64,000 nt of DNA, taken from positions 124,001 through 188,000 of the IMG/VR virus record IMGVR_UViG_3300031787_007614. One strand, 5' to 3'. The position numbers and the translations under genes are program-made. The notes beneath the pieces are model-generated. The model was not told the DNA's origin, ran no database searches, and was given only the letters and a program-made list of their open reading frames with translations. Each line of letters begins with the position of its first letter. Within the stretch, counting starts at the first letter, position 1. Positions 8,322 through 17,415 of the stretch are shown one piece after another.

Positions 8322-8944
8322 AAATAACAAGATCTCTCAAAGGGACAATATTTGCATTGAGCATGATGGCTTTATCGCATGTTCAAGCTTCAAATGAAAT
8401 TTACATAGAGCAAGTTGGTGATAATGCCACAGTGACTTTAAAACAAGCAGGCAGCAACAATACCATTGGCTCTGCCCTAGCACCGGCCTTTATTGGTGGC
8501 GGCCAAAACGTAGTTTACGTTGAACAATCTGGCAGTAGCAATCAACTGGCCATGTTGGTCAACGGCGCTGGCACTAATGTGACGTTAACAATCACAGGCG
8601 ACAGCAACCAACAGACCATCACATGCGGAACCAGCATCAGCGCCAGCTGTAGCGGATCTGCAATCACGCATACCATAACAGGTGACAACAATGATGTGCA
8701 AAGTATCCTAGGTACCAATGGTGGAGCGCATACCAGTAACATCACAGTGCTAGGTGACTACAACCATGTGACTCATAGCAGTTCAGGATCAGGCGCCAAC
8801 TCAGCCACAATCAATGTTACTGGGTCAGGCTCAGGTGCTACCCCAAATGCAATCACTGTATCACAGAGTGGTATGAATACTCAAAGTGCAACCGTCAATG
8901 CTTCGGGCAATAACATTAATATCAGTATTATTCAGTCTGACTAA
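8318..8944 (+). CDS. Curlin-repeat (CsgA/CsgB-like) secreted protein
   Basis: Signal peptide; repeated I/V-x-Q-x-G-x-x-N units (EQVGDN, KQAGSNN, EQSGSSN, ITGDSN, ITGDNN, SQSGMN). Confidence 0.75.
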   Translation: MKITRSLKGTIFALSMMALSHVQASNEIYIEQVGDNATVTLKQAGSNNTIGSALAPAFIGGGQNVVYVEQSGSSNQLAMLVNGAGTNVTLTITGDSNQQTITCGTSISASCSGSAITHTITGDNNDVQSILGTNGGAHTSNITVLGDYNHVTHSSSGSGANSATINVTGSGSGATPNAITVSQSGMNTQSATVNASGNNINISIIQSD

Positions 8945-9974
8945 TACTTGGGCTGGAGTAGGCAAGGTCACTGAACAAACTGGCCCTACTGAAATAGTAC
9001 GGGCTCGAAAAAGCATATCCAGTGCTGTAAATACCGCAGTGGAAATGAATGACACCATTGTCACAGCCCGATCCCGAGCTGAACTTACATTTGATGATGC
9101 TACCAAAGTCAAAATTACTGAACAGTCAAAGCTGATAATTGATGACTTTGTGTATGACCCAAAGTCAGGCACAGGCAAGTTGGCCATGAAAGTGGCTCTG
9201 GGCACGGCTAGATATGCATCAGGACAGATTGCCAAGAACTCTCCACAACAGGTTGCAGTCAGCACACCCACAGCTTCTATTGCTGTGCGTGGCACAGACT
9301 TTTCAATGACCGTGGACGAGCTTGGGCGCAGTCTAATAATGCTGTTGCCCAGTTGTGATGACAAAACATGTGTAACAGGTGCTATTGAAGTATCCAATCA
9401 ATCTGGTAGCATACTAATGACACAGGCCTATCAAGCTACTTTAGTTTCCACAGTAGATACACCGCCAACCAGACCAGTTGTGTTGACCATTGATCAGGCC
9501 AACATCAACAACATGCTGATCATCAGCCGGCCCCGAGAAATTAGCGAAGAACATAGAGACAACAAAAAAGATGTTCGAACAGCGTTAGACGTTAACTTTC
9601 TTGATCGAGACTTTTTAAAACCTGCAGATTTAGACAATCGGTTGGATGCATTCAACCGACTGGATCGCAATGAACTAGAAGATGAGCTGTTGCCCAATGT
9701 GTTGGATGCCGTAAATGCAGCCTTGTCGGCCACGCAAGAAGCCATGTCAACTACACTGAGCATGCTGCCAGGCTATGACGCTGGCTCAGGATTAAAATGG
9801 CGGGTAGATGATCAAGAACAGCTGGGTTTAACCAGATACAGCACTCATATTTTTGAACTAACTGTTCCCAAAGAGCAAGGGGCAATACTGGATCTCCAAC
9901 AGGACGGCATTCCTGTATATCAAAAAATCAACACAGGTGGAACCACCACAATTACCATTGTCCAAAGTCAATAA
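8898..9974 (+). CDS. FecR-domain periplasmic protein
   Basis: Signal peptide; DTIVT, AELTFDDATKVKITEQS, STPTASIAVRGTDF FecR motifs. Confidence 0.88.
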   Translation: MLRAITLISVLFSLTNTWAGVGKVTEQTGPTEIVRARKSISSAVNTAVEMNDTIVTARSRAELTFDDATKVKITEQSKLIIDDFVYDPKSGTGKLAMKVALGTARYASGQIAKNSPQQVAVSTPTASIAVRGTDFSMTVDELGRSLIMLLPSCDDKTCVTGAIEVSNQSGSILMTQAYQATLVSTVDTPPTRPVVLTIDQANINNMLIISRPREISEEHRDNKKDVRTALDVNFLDRDFLKPADLDNRLDAFNRLDRNELEDELLPNVLDAVNAALSATQEAMSTTLSMLPGYDAGSGLKWRVDDQEQLGLTRYSTHIFELTVPKEQGAILDLQQDGIPVYQKINTGGTTTITIVQSQ

Positions 9975-10001
9975 ATACTACTATAAAAATAAGGAGCCAA
10001 C

Positions 10002-10283
10002 ATGGGGGACATCTTCAAGTTAATTGGTGATCTAGGATTTCCAATAGCAGTGGCATTAGCAGGTGGATACTTTGTTTATCTCACAATCAAACTGTTGTTA
10101 GCCGGTGTACTAAGTGCAATCAAAGGCATGGCTGGCATCATCACAGCACTCGACAATCGCGTAAAGACCATGAATCATGATGTGGTTCGCATTGATACCA
10201 TTGTGTCAAATGCGCTGGGCCTCAAACCCGATGTGGATCGTATTGCACGAGCAGATGGTAAGAATGATGCAAGGAGAGATTGA
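10002..10283 (+). CDS. Small membrane/coiled-coil protein (YvrJ/holin-like), paralog of 10465..10806
   Basis: LIGDLGFPIAVA N-terminus; TAAATA at 9972-9977 and AAGGAG SD. Confidence 0.65.
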   Translation: MGDIFKLIGDLGFPIAVALAGGYFVYLTIKLLLAGVLSAIKGMAGIITALDNRVKTMNHDVVRIDTIVSNALGLKPDVDRIARADGKNDARRD

Positions 10284-10468
10284 TGTTACATCTTGATTAC
10301 AACTGGGACCTGGGCCCTGGATATATTGTGCCAGACAAAGAATTAGACACTGAAAGACTGGGCTGGAAGCCTGGACAGTTCTGGCAGATGATTGAAGTCA
10401 ATGGAAAAATAAGATTACACCAGGTGGATCCCATGGTCCAATTTGTATTGGAAGGATCTGTCAAATGA
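10280..10468 (+). CDS. Hypothetical protein
   Basis: Coupled overlaps with both neighbours. Confidence 0.65.
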   Translation: MMLHLDYNWDLGPGYIVPDKELDTERLGWKPGQFWQMIEVNGKIRLHQVDPMVQFVLEGSVK

Positions 10469-10806
10469 GCGAAGTAGTTGAACTAGTAAACAAATATGGC
10501 TTTCCTATTGTGATGGCTGTGGGCATGGGCTACATCATCAAGTATGTTTGGGAATGGGCCACAAAAGAAGTCAAACCTGTTATCAATGATGCCAACACTG
10601 TGTTGATTGCTCTCATTGACCGCGTTAGAATGTTGGACAATGATCTTATTCGTTTGAATCAAAAGGTCAACACAGTGTTGCACCTACGTGGCAAGATGAT
10701 TGAAAGTGATCGTGTGATGGAAGCACACAAAGTAGATCATGAAGCTGAAAAAACGTTCAAGAGTGTAGTGCAAGATAAAACTACTACCAAGCCAGGCGGA
10801 AGTTAA
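10465..10806 (+). CDS. Small membrane/coiled-coil protein, paralog of 10002..10283
   Basis: LVNKYGFPIVMA; ALIDRVRMLDNDLIR vs ALDNRVKTMNHDVVR. Confidence 0.65.
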   Translation: MSEVVELVNKYGFPIVMAVGMGYIIKYVWEWATKEVKPVINDANTVLIALIDRVRMLDNDLIRLNQKVNTVLHLRGKMIESDRVMEAHKVDHEAEKTFKSVVQDKTTTKPGGS

Positions 10807-10814
10807 GTACTTTA

Positions 10815-11519
10815 ATGACAGAACTAATAGCAACCCTGGTAATGACACACATTACCATAGTTTGCGTCACTTTGTATTTGCATCGTGGACAAGCTCATCG
10901 AAGTATAGAATTTCATCCCATACTCGAACACTTTATGCGAGCCTGGTTATGGCTCACAACAGGCATGGTTACCAAGCAATGGGTGGCTATACATCGCAAG
11001 CATCATAGGCACAGTGATCAACCAGGTGATCCACACAGCCCACATGTGTATGGCATCAAGAGAGTTTTCTTTAAAGGAGCAGGATTATATCATGAAGCAT
11101 CAAAAGATAAAATCATGGTTGACGCATACGGTGTTGGTACTCCTGCTGATTGGGTGGAGCTTCACTTATACACTCCTCACAGTAGACTTGGCATTGGCAT
11201 TCTCTTTGTGCTCAACACCTTGATATTTGGTTGGTGGGGCATCTTAATCTGGGGCATACAAATGATCTGGATTCCATTCTGGGCTGCAGGGGTAATCAAC
11301 GGTCTAGGTCACTGGTGGGGATATAGAAATGGTGAAACTAAAGATCACAGCAGAAACATTGTTCCTTGGGATATTATTGTTGGTGGGGAATGCCTGCATA
11401 ATAACCATCATCTGGATCCTGCTAACGCTCGACTGAGTCGTCGTTGGTTTGAGTTTGATGCAGGATGGATGTGGCTCACAGTGTTTAGAGCACTGTATCT
11501 TGCCAAATTAAGAACTTAA
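10815..11519 (+). CDS. Membrane fatty-acid desaturase (delta-9/DesC-like)
   Basis: His boxes HRGQAH, HRKHH, HNNHH. Confidence 0.92.
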   Translation: MTELIATLVMTHITIVCVTLYLHRGQAHRSIEFHPILEHFMRAWLWLTTGMVTKQWVAIHRKHHRHSDQPGDPHSPHVYGIKRVFFKGAGLYHEASKDKIMVDAYGVGTPADWVELHLYTPHSRLGIGILFVLNTLIFGWWGILIWGIQMIWIPFWAAGVINGLGHWWGYRNGETKDHSRNIVPWDIIVGGECLHNNHHLDPANARLSRRWFEFDAGWMWLTVFRALYLAKLRT

Positions 11520-11520
11520 A

Positions 11521-13569
11521 TTACTTTTCATGGGCAACAAACTCACCGTTCCAGTTGTCGCCTAGGTCCTGTTGCTTCATGAACGCACAACGTTCAATCC
11601 ACATTTTATAGTACTTGTCCATTTGCCCACCAAACTTGCCGTGCAATTCTTCACACAAGATAACAGCCGCATCAAACTGTTTTTCTTTGTATAAGGCATG
11701 CATTTTGTTGTGCGTAGCACGTTCTTTAGTATAATCCTCACCACGAGTGCGTAGCACGGTGTAGATCAAGTCTGCTACTGTTTTGCCTTTGGGTTGTAAG
11801 TTATCTAATAGCAAGTAGAAGAAGTCATCTCGAGTTCTGTTGTATGTCTCAGCACCAACAATGGCCAACACACCATAAGCCTTACAACGTGCTTCTAGTC
11901 GTGCGGCTGTTGACACCATGTCACCCAAGATGTCATAACTGTGTCGTTCTGTTGAACCCATCTCACCAATAAAGCCGACGCCTGTGTTACAGCCCCAACC
12001 CATTGCAGCTGGTGGTAAGCCCTGAGCTTCCATCTCTTTAGTGTAAGCATCTACAGCATCCAACATTTCTAATCCTACTTGAACAATAGTTCTAGCATGG
12101 TTAGGATCTTCAATTGGAGCACCGTGTATGTGCATACTCGCATCACCCACATACTTTATGACCATGCCTTTGTTGTCTAGTATAGGGCGGCTGATGCTGT
12201 CCATGTAGCCGTTCATGTACCGGCCAAGTCCAGCAACATCATCGCCGTAGTGTTCCCCAATTGGTGTAAAACCACGTAAGTCACTGAACATGACACTTAC
12301 GTCTTTACGCACGCCACGCTTGATCAAGTCTGGATCTTTTTGCAGTAGCTCTACAACTTCCTTGGAACAGTAGCCTGCAAATTGTTTTTTGATTGCTTGT
12401 TTTTGGAGGAACTCTGAGACAAACTTGACTCCGTAGGCGTGTAGCCCGACAAGGACAATGCCCGCGACTGGGAGGGTAACGTCAAATAACCAAAGGTAAT
12501 TGACAAAACTAAAGTAACTGCCATACGCAAGTACAGCGCATATTCCAACCAACGAGATAAGACCAACATACACCCACCTTGTAAGAATTAATAATAACAC
12601 GCCTGCTGCCAAGATAACAAGTATTTCAACTCCATCAGCGTAGTCTGGACGCACAATATTGGTGCCTGCTGCCACAGTTTCTAGTACACTGGCTTGCAAG
12701 TAGTGCGGATAGACTTCTCCTCTTGCAGTTGCGACGGGGTTGTTGAGCCCGCGAGCTGTGAGTCCGACAATGACAATTCCACCTTGGAAGTCCTCTGGCA
12801 AATCAGCCAGGGAGTATTCTTGCGGTTGGGATGACCAATCCACCCAAACTCTACCGTAACTGTCTGTTGGAATTTTTCCAAACTGTGGAATTCTAACTGC
12901 TTCAACGCTTCCGTCATTGACTCGGACCTGGAAGCTGGGATCTCCGGCAAGGACTCTAAGCGTTTCAAGACTGATGGAGGGATAGACTTGTTCTCCAACT
13001 GTGACGACTTGGGGGACTCGGCGTACAACGCCGTCGATTTCAGGCAAAGTGTTAACAATGCCAATGCCGCTTGCTGTTTCATTTAATGACCTCACGTTGG
13101 GTTGAATACTTTGATACGCTATGCCCGGCAAACCAGTGCCTATTACAGACACACCAGGTCTGTAAGGTGCGTACTTGGACACAGTGTTTTCGTTGGTGGC
13201 CATGTGTGGCAACACTACTAAACTCTCTTTGAGTTGCCGAGACAGTGCAGAGTCTTGCCCAAAACGATCCACATCGGGCATGAATATGTTAAACACAATC
13301 ACACCTGCATTGCGATCTTCTAACTGACGAATAATGTCAGCATACTGATTTCTGGGAAAAGGAAACTGCCCACGTTGAGCAATAGCACGGTCGTCAATGT
13401 TGACCACATGAATTTGCTCACTTGTTGTAACAGCACGATCAGTGATCAGCATGTCAAAGTAACGTAGTCTTATACTTTCTACAAAGCTAGGATCAGCAAT
13501 TCTTATACTTAAAATAAGTGCCAATGTAATTAGAGCAGTCCATGGACTTAGTAGAATTTTTTTCAACAT
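11521..13569 (-). CDS. CHASE2-domain class III adenylate/guanylate cyclase
   Basis: N-terminal TM, CHASE2 (VVNID, QFPFPR, DGVVRRVP), three TMs, cyclase FSDLRGFT / KYVGDA / GDMVSTAARLE. Confidence 0.93.
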   Translation of the reverse strand: MLKKILLSPWTALITLALILSIRIADPSFVESIRLRYFDMLITDRAVTTSEQIHVVNIDDRAIAQRGQFPFPRNQYADIIRQLEDRNAGVIVFNIFMPDVDRFGQDSALSRQLKESLVVLPHMATNENTVSKYAPYRPGVSVIGTGLPGIAYQSIQPNVRSLNETASGIGIVNTLPEIDGVVRRVPQVVTVGEQVYPSISLETLRVLAGDPSFQVRVNDGSVEAVRIPQFGKIPTDSYGRVWVDWSSQPQEYSLADLPEDFQGGIVIVGLTARGLNNPVATARGEVYPHYLQASVLETVAAGTNIVRPDYADGVEILVILAAGVLLLILTRWVYVGLISLVGICAVLAYGSYFSFVNYLWLFDVTLPVAGIVLVGLHAYGVKFVSEFLQKQAIKKQFAGYCSKEVVELLQKDPDLIKRGVRKDVSVMFSDLRGFTPIGEHYGDDVAGLGRYMNGYMDSISRPILDNKGMVIKYVGDASMHIHGAPIEDPNHARTIVQVGLEMLDAVDAYTKEMEAQGLPPAAMGWGCNTGVGFIGEMGSTERHSYDILGDMVSTAARLEARCKAYGVLAIVGAETYNRTRDDFFYLLLDNLQPKGKTVADLIYTVLRTRGEDYTKERATHNKMHALYKEKQFDAAVILCEELHGKFGGQMDKYYKMWIERCAFMKQQDLGDNWNGEFVAHEK

Positions 13570-13572
13570 CAA

Positions 13573-13707
13573 TTATTTATTGGGGGGGTTTGGAGCAGAT
13601 TCTTTGGCTTTTTGTTTAGCTTTTTCTGAAGCCGGGCTTGATCTGTGCGGAGTAGTGGGGCGGGGGGTCGAAGGATATCGGGGCGGTTTGTGCTTGAACC
13701 AACTCAT
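13573..13707 (-). CDS. 44-aa Pro/Lys-rich peptide (not in ORF track)
   Basis: MSWFKHKPPRYPSTPRPTTPHRSSPASEKAKQKAKESAPNPPNK; TAAATA at 13732-13727 and AAAGGA SD. Confidence 0.6.
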   Translation of the reverse strand: MSWFKHKPPRYPSTPRPTTPHRSSPASEKAKQKAKESAPNPPNK

Positions 13708-13762
13708 AGGCTGTGTCCTTTTGAAGTATTTAATTGAGCTCAAACATGATAAAGTTAATTGT

Positions 13763-13993
13763 TTATTTTTTGTTATAGTTCCAGACCAGTCTGCGCTGTT
13801 CTTTGCGCACCCAATGCATACAATCTTCTTTCAGTGACAGATTTTTGATTTTATCACAGTGATGAATACTTACTGTTGCTTGAGCCATGCACATGGCATT
13901 TTGCTCAGGATCTTTGATCTTGGTGCAATCATTTAGGTTTACGGCCCATGATTGCATGGGCGCAAACACAAGCATAAACATTGTGGGCCACAT
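13763..13993 (-). CDS. Small secreted Cys-rich protein
   Basis: Signal peptide and four Cys; TAAATA 4 nt upstream of ATG. Confidence 0.7.
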   Translation of the reverse strand: MWPTMFMLVFAPMQSWAVNLNDCTKIKDPEQNAMCMAQATVSIHHCDKIKNLSLKEDCMHWVRKEQRRLVWNYNKK

Positions 13994-14008
13994 GCCTTAT
14001 TTACAGCC

Positions 14009-14036
14009 AAAATAATAGGACTGTGTAGTCCTATTA
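14009..14036 (-). terminator. Intrinsic terminator after pstS
   Basis: 10-bp stem TAATAGGACT/AGTCCTATTA followed by TTTT. Confidence 0.75.
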
Positions 14037-14083
14037 TGCTGGTTACGAGTTCCAGCACCTCTCAATCGTTGAGGTCGGTTTGT

Positions 14084-15088
14084 TTACTTAATCTGACTCC
14101 ACACACGCTCGCGAATTTGCTTGGTCAACACATCAGGCAAACTCACATAGTCCAGTTCTTCAGCCATCTTCTTGCCATTCTTGAATGACCAGTTAAAGAA
14201 CTTTAGTACTTCAGCCGATGCTTTTTTATCAGCTGGGTCCTTGTACATGATAATAAAACTAGCAGTGGTCACAGGCCACACTGTGTCGCCCTTTTGGTCC
14301 ACAATACTAATGCCCATACCTGGCACTGAGAACCAGTCAGCGCCTGCAGCCGCGGCAGCAAAAGTCAAGTCATCTGGACTGACAAATTTGCCTGACTTGT
14401 TTTGCAACTGCATGAATGTCATGTTGTTCTTTTTAACATAAGCATACTCAACATATCCAATGGCACCTTTCACACGATTCACATTGGCTGCAACACCTTC
14501 GTTGCCTTTGCCGCCCACTGATGATGCAGCCGGCCATTTTACTGCGGCACCACGGCCCACTCGGCTGGCCCATTCAGGACTGACAGTTGTGAGATAGTCT
14601 GTCCAGTTAAATGTTGTGCCTGATCCATCTGCACGATGCACTACAGTGATGTTGGCATCAGGTAACTTTTTGCCGGGATTCAACGCCGCTAATTTTGGGT
14701 CGTTCCACTTCACAATGTTGCCCATAAACACTTCTGCCATCACTGCACCTGTGATTTGCAATTCACCGGGGCGGAATCCTTCCAAGTTGATCACCGGCAC
14801 TGTGCCACCAATAACAGCAGGAAATTGCACTTGTCCTAGTCGATCCAAATCTTCACCTTTTACTGGTGCATCAGTTGCACCAAAGGCCACTGTTTTGTTG
14901 TTGATCTGGCGAATGCCGCCTGATGAACCAATTGATTGATAATTAAGTCCCACGCCAGTTTCTTTCTTGTAGGCTTCAGCCCATTTAGCGTAGATAGGAT
15001 AAGGGAAAGTTGCACCTGCCCCTGTGATGTCGGCTGCTTGTGCTGTAACCGTGAAAGCGGTCAGTAGTGTCAGTAAGTGTTTGAACAT
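14084..15088 (-). CDS. pstS: Phosphate ABC transporter substrate-binding protein
   Basis: ITGAGATFPYP, YQSIGSSGG, HRADGSGTT, GKGNEGVA; AAAGGAG SD. Confidence 0.97.
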   Translation of the reverse strand: MFKHLLTLLTAFTVTAQAADITGAGATFPYPIYAKWAEAYKKETGVGLNYQSIGSSGGIRQINNKTVAFGATDAPVKGEDLDRLGQVQFPAVIGGTVPVINLEGFRPGELQITGAVMAEVFMGNIVKWNDPKLAALNPGKKLPDANITVVHRADGSGTTFNWTDYLTTVSPEWASRVGRGAAVKWPAASSVGGKGNEGVAANVNRVKGAIGYVEYAYVKKNNMTFMQLQNKSGKFVSPDDLTFAAAAAGADWFSVPGMGISIVDQKGDTVWPVTTASFIIMYKDPADKKASAEVLKFFNWSFKNGKKMAEELDYVSLPDVLTKQIRERVWSQIK

Positions 15089-15129
15089 GATTTCTCCTTT
15101 GTAGTTCACAACTATTTAGGCCGAATCAC

Positions 15130-15147
15130 ATTACAATTTTGTTACAA
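15130..15147 (-). promoter_or_regulatory. Pho-box-like direct repeat TTGTAAC-AAAA-TTGTAAT
   Basis: 11-bp periodicity and A-rich spacer as in the PhoB consensus CTGTCAT-A(A/T)A(A/T)-CTGT(C/A)A(C/T); directly upstream of pstS. Confidence 0.55.
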
Positions 15148-15432
15148 TGTCAACATTCGGATCAACGCAATGGTGTCAATAGTCGTGAGCAACACATAGT
15201 TAGCCAACATCCCAAAACTTCTGCGAGTCCAAGCAGCCCAGGCATAGATAGCACAACCAGTGATCCACACAGGGTAAAGAGCCAGTAAGGGTGGAGTTGG
15301 TACAGTGGCTGCCATTGCAACACTGCAACCAATGCTGATAGCCCAAGCCAATACTTCCATGACAAACCTAAAAGGGTGGGTCTTGTAATCACTTTTGATC
15401 CATTCAAAGATGCCAGTTAAAATGTTGTTCAT
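15142..15432 (-). CDS. Small inner-membrane protein
   Basis: Three hydrophobic segments; ATGA overlap with the uvsE stop. Confidence 0.75.
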   Translation of the reverse strand: MNNILTGIFEWIKSDYKTHPFRFVMEVLAWAISIGCSVAMAATVPTPPLLALYPVWITGCAIYAWAAWTRRSFGMLANYVLLTTIDTIALIRMLTL

Positions 15433-16466
15433 CGAGTGGCCAGCCATTGCTGGTACAATTGATCTCGGGCCAAGTTCTTGCCTTTGGCCTCGCACTGAAT
15501 GTTGAATTGATCAGCAAATGTCAAGGCCCAGTCATTCACTGCTTCGTTCCAATAAAAGTCACTATGGGCTCGCAGTTTTTGCTTTTTGTAGCCCTGTGCC
15601 AACAGCGCACTCAAGTCAGGCTTTACTGTGCGAGAGTGGTCAACAAGGCAGTCTTCACGACTAACTGAGTAGTGTAGTGTAGGACGCACACCACGCCAAG
15701 ACTCACGAACCCGTTGCGCACGTGGGTCCGTAGGTTGGATGTATTCGCCGGTGTTGATCCAGTGGTGATGGATATCCAGCACAAGAGCCACATGATCAGC
15801 CACGGCAAGAGTAACGTCAAGTCCATTTGTAAGTTCGTCATTTTCTATAGTTATGAGATTGCGAGCCTCTGGAGACAATCTGCCCAAGGTTCGAAGAAAC
15901 TTTGCAGGGCCGCCCTTGCCCGAGAGATGTACGTTGATCTTGAATCCGTGATCATGATACGTGTTTCCATACCCCATCCACCGGGCCATATCTGCATGAT
16001 ACTCGAATTCCAGAATGGATCGTTCAACGATTTCATCCGATTCGCTTGCCAGCACACAAAATTGTCCTGGATGAAAGGAAAGCCGAACACCCAGACGCCG
16101 AGCAGCGTTGCCAACCGGCGCAAATATGCGTTCGCAATGATCTTGAATTTCACGTCGTTGCCACCAATTGATCCAAGAGGGTTCTGTATAGCCCTGTAAC
16201 ATTTCTGATCCCAAACGAACCATTCTGCGCTCGGGTTCCATTGCGCCCACACGCTCAATCATTTTTAACGCCGCGGCAGCGTTATGGTTCATGATGTCCC
16301 ACTGACGCTGGTCAGCTTCGGCGGCATGCTCACGGAGCCAGCGCATGGTGGTTGATCTTCCGTTTATATCACGGTCCACAGCATTGACTTTCATGCCCCC
16401 AGTTTCCTCGGGGTCATTGAGCCATTTGCAACAAAAGCCAAAACGCGAATGTGTAAGTGTAGTCAT
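15429..16466 (-). CDS. uvsE: UV-damage endonuclease
   Basis: RLSFHPGQF, INVH, TIENDE, VLDIHHH, RAHSD, QCEAK. Confidence 0.93.
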   Translation of the reverse strand: MTTLTHSRFGFCCKWLNDPEETGGMKVNAVDRDINGRSTTMRWLREHAAEADQRQWDIMNHNAAAALKMIERVGAMEPERRMVRLGSEMLQGYTEPSWINWWQRREIQDHCERIFAPVGNAARRLGVRLSFHPGQFCVLASESDEIVERSILEFEYHADMARWMGYGNTYHDHGFKINVHLSGKGGPAKFLRTLGRLSPEARNLITIENDELTNGLDVTLAVADHVALVLDIHHHWINTGEYIQPTDPRAQRVRESWRGVRPTLHYSVSREDCLVDHSRTVKPDLSALLAQGYKKQKLRAHSDFYWNEAVNDWALTFADQFNIQCEAKGKNLARDQLYQQWLATR

Positions 16467-16472
16467 ACATGT

Positions 16473-16501
16473 ATTATACGACTACTTTATTAAAAAGTCA
16501 A
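16473..16501 (-). promoter_or_regulatory. sigma70-type promoter TTGACT-17-TATAAT (leaderless uvsE)
   Basis: The -35 contains the upstream TGA; ATG 6 nt after the -10. Confidence 0.85.
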
Positions 16502-17415
16502 TTGGTTTGACGATTTAGATCCAATGTTACACAATGAAACCCACCACCCAATGTTCGGCTGTGGCGCAGTTCCAACGGTATCACTTCAAATCGGTAACTC
16601 TTTAGTGTTTTGATCAATTCGGTTTGGTGTCGGTCCACAATCACAGTGTTTGGATCCACAGTGAGCATGTTCATTGCTATCCATTTTGAAGCATAAGGAT
16701 ATTGGTAAAAGTCCTGTGGCACCACTTCGTTTACCCAAATTTTCTGCCAGCCATCAAACACTCGGGGCACTGTATCAAACCCAACTCTGCTACCGTTTAA
16801 CATGACCAAACCTTCGCGCAAGGCCACAATGGTTGAGTCAATGTGTACGCCAGCATAAAAATTACACAGTTCTATTTCAACATCAGGGAATTGATCACAC
16901 AGCCAATTGTAGGCAGCTCGATTCCCTGATGCTGATTCCAAAAATAGCATTTTGTCGTTGAGTCTTAGTACATTGGCAGCGTCCAGTGTCATGCCTTCAT
17001 TACGTGGCATAAACAAATATTGGTCAGCAGAATCCACAATGTCGTGATAGCATTGCAGTTCCATGTCTCTGCAGGGATACATCATGGCAGGATCCACAAC
17101 AGTTGATCCGTACACAAGGAACCGATCACGCGGGCAGTAATTGTACATGCCATCATGTGCTTGGAAGTTGAGTGGATCTGGGCGCACAACTTCTACACCA
17201 AGGCTGATTAGAGTAGTTGCTAACGTATCTAAGTCTTCATTGGCTTCGTCAATTATGCGTTGTGGCACAGGTCCACGCGGAACGGGTGTTTCTTTCCAGG
17301 TGGTCTTTTCACTCTCCTGAGAGAATACAGGATCGTTTACAGGCCAGTTAGCATTGGTGGCCGAACCTACTACTATACGTTTTAGTGGACTCCACTCGTT
17401 GTAACTTGATATCAT
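16498..17415 (-). CDS. Amidinotransferase (glycine/inosamine-phosphate amidinotransferase family)
   Basis: SYNEWSPLK, YCPRD, DAAN, HIDST, GGGFHCVT (catalytic Cys). Confidence 0.9.
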   Translation of the reverse strand: MISSYNEWSPLKRIVVGSATNANWPVNDPVFSQESEKTTWKETPVPRGPVPQRIIDEANEDLDTLATTLISLGVEVVRPDPLNFQAHDGMYNYCPRDRFLVYGSTVVDPAMMYPCRDMELQCYHDIVDSADQYLFMPRNEGMTLDAANVLRLNDKMLFLESASGNRAAYNWLCDQFPDVEIELCNFYAGVHIDSTIVALREGLVMLNGSRVGFDTVPRVFDGWQKIWVNEVVPQDFYQYPYASKWIAMNMLTVDPNTVIVDRHQTELIKTLKSYRFEVIPLELRHSRTLGGGFHCVTLDLNRQTN

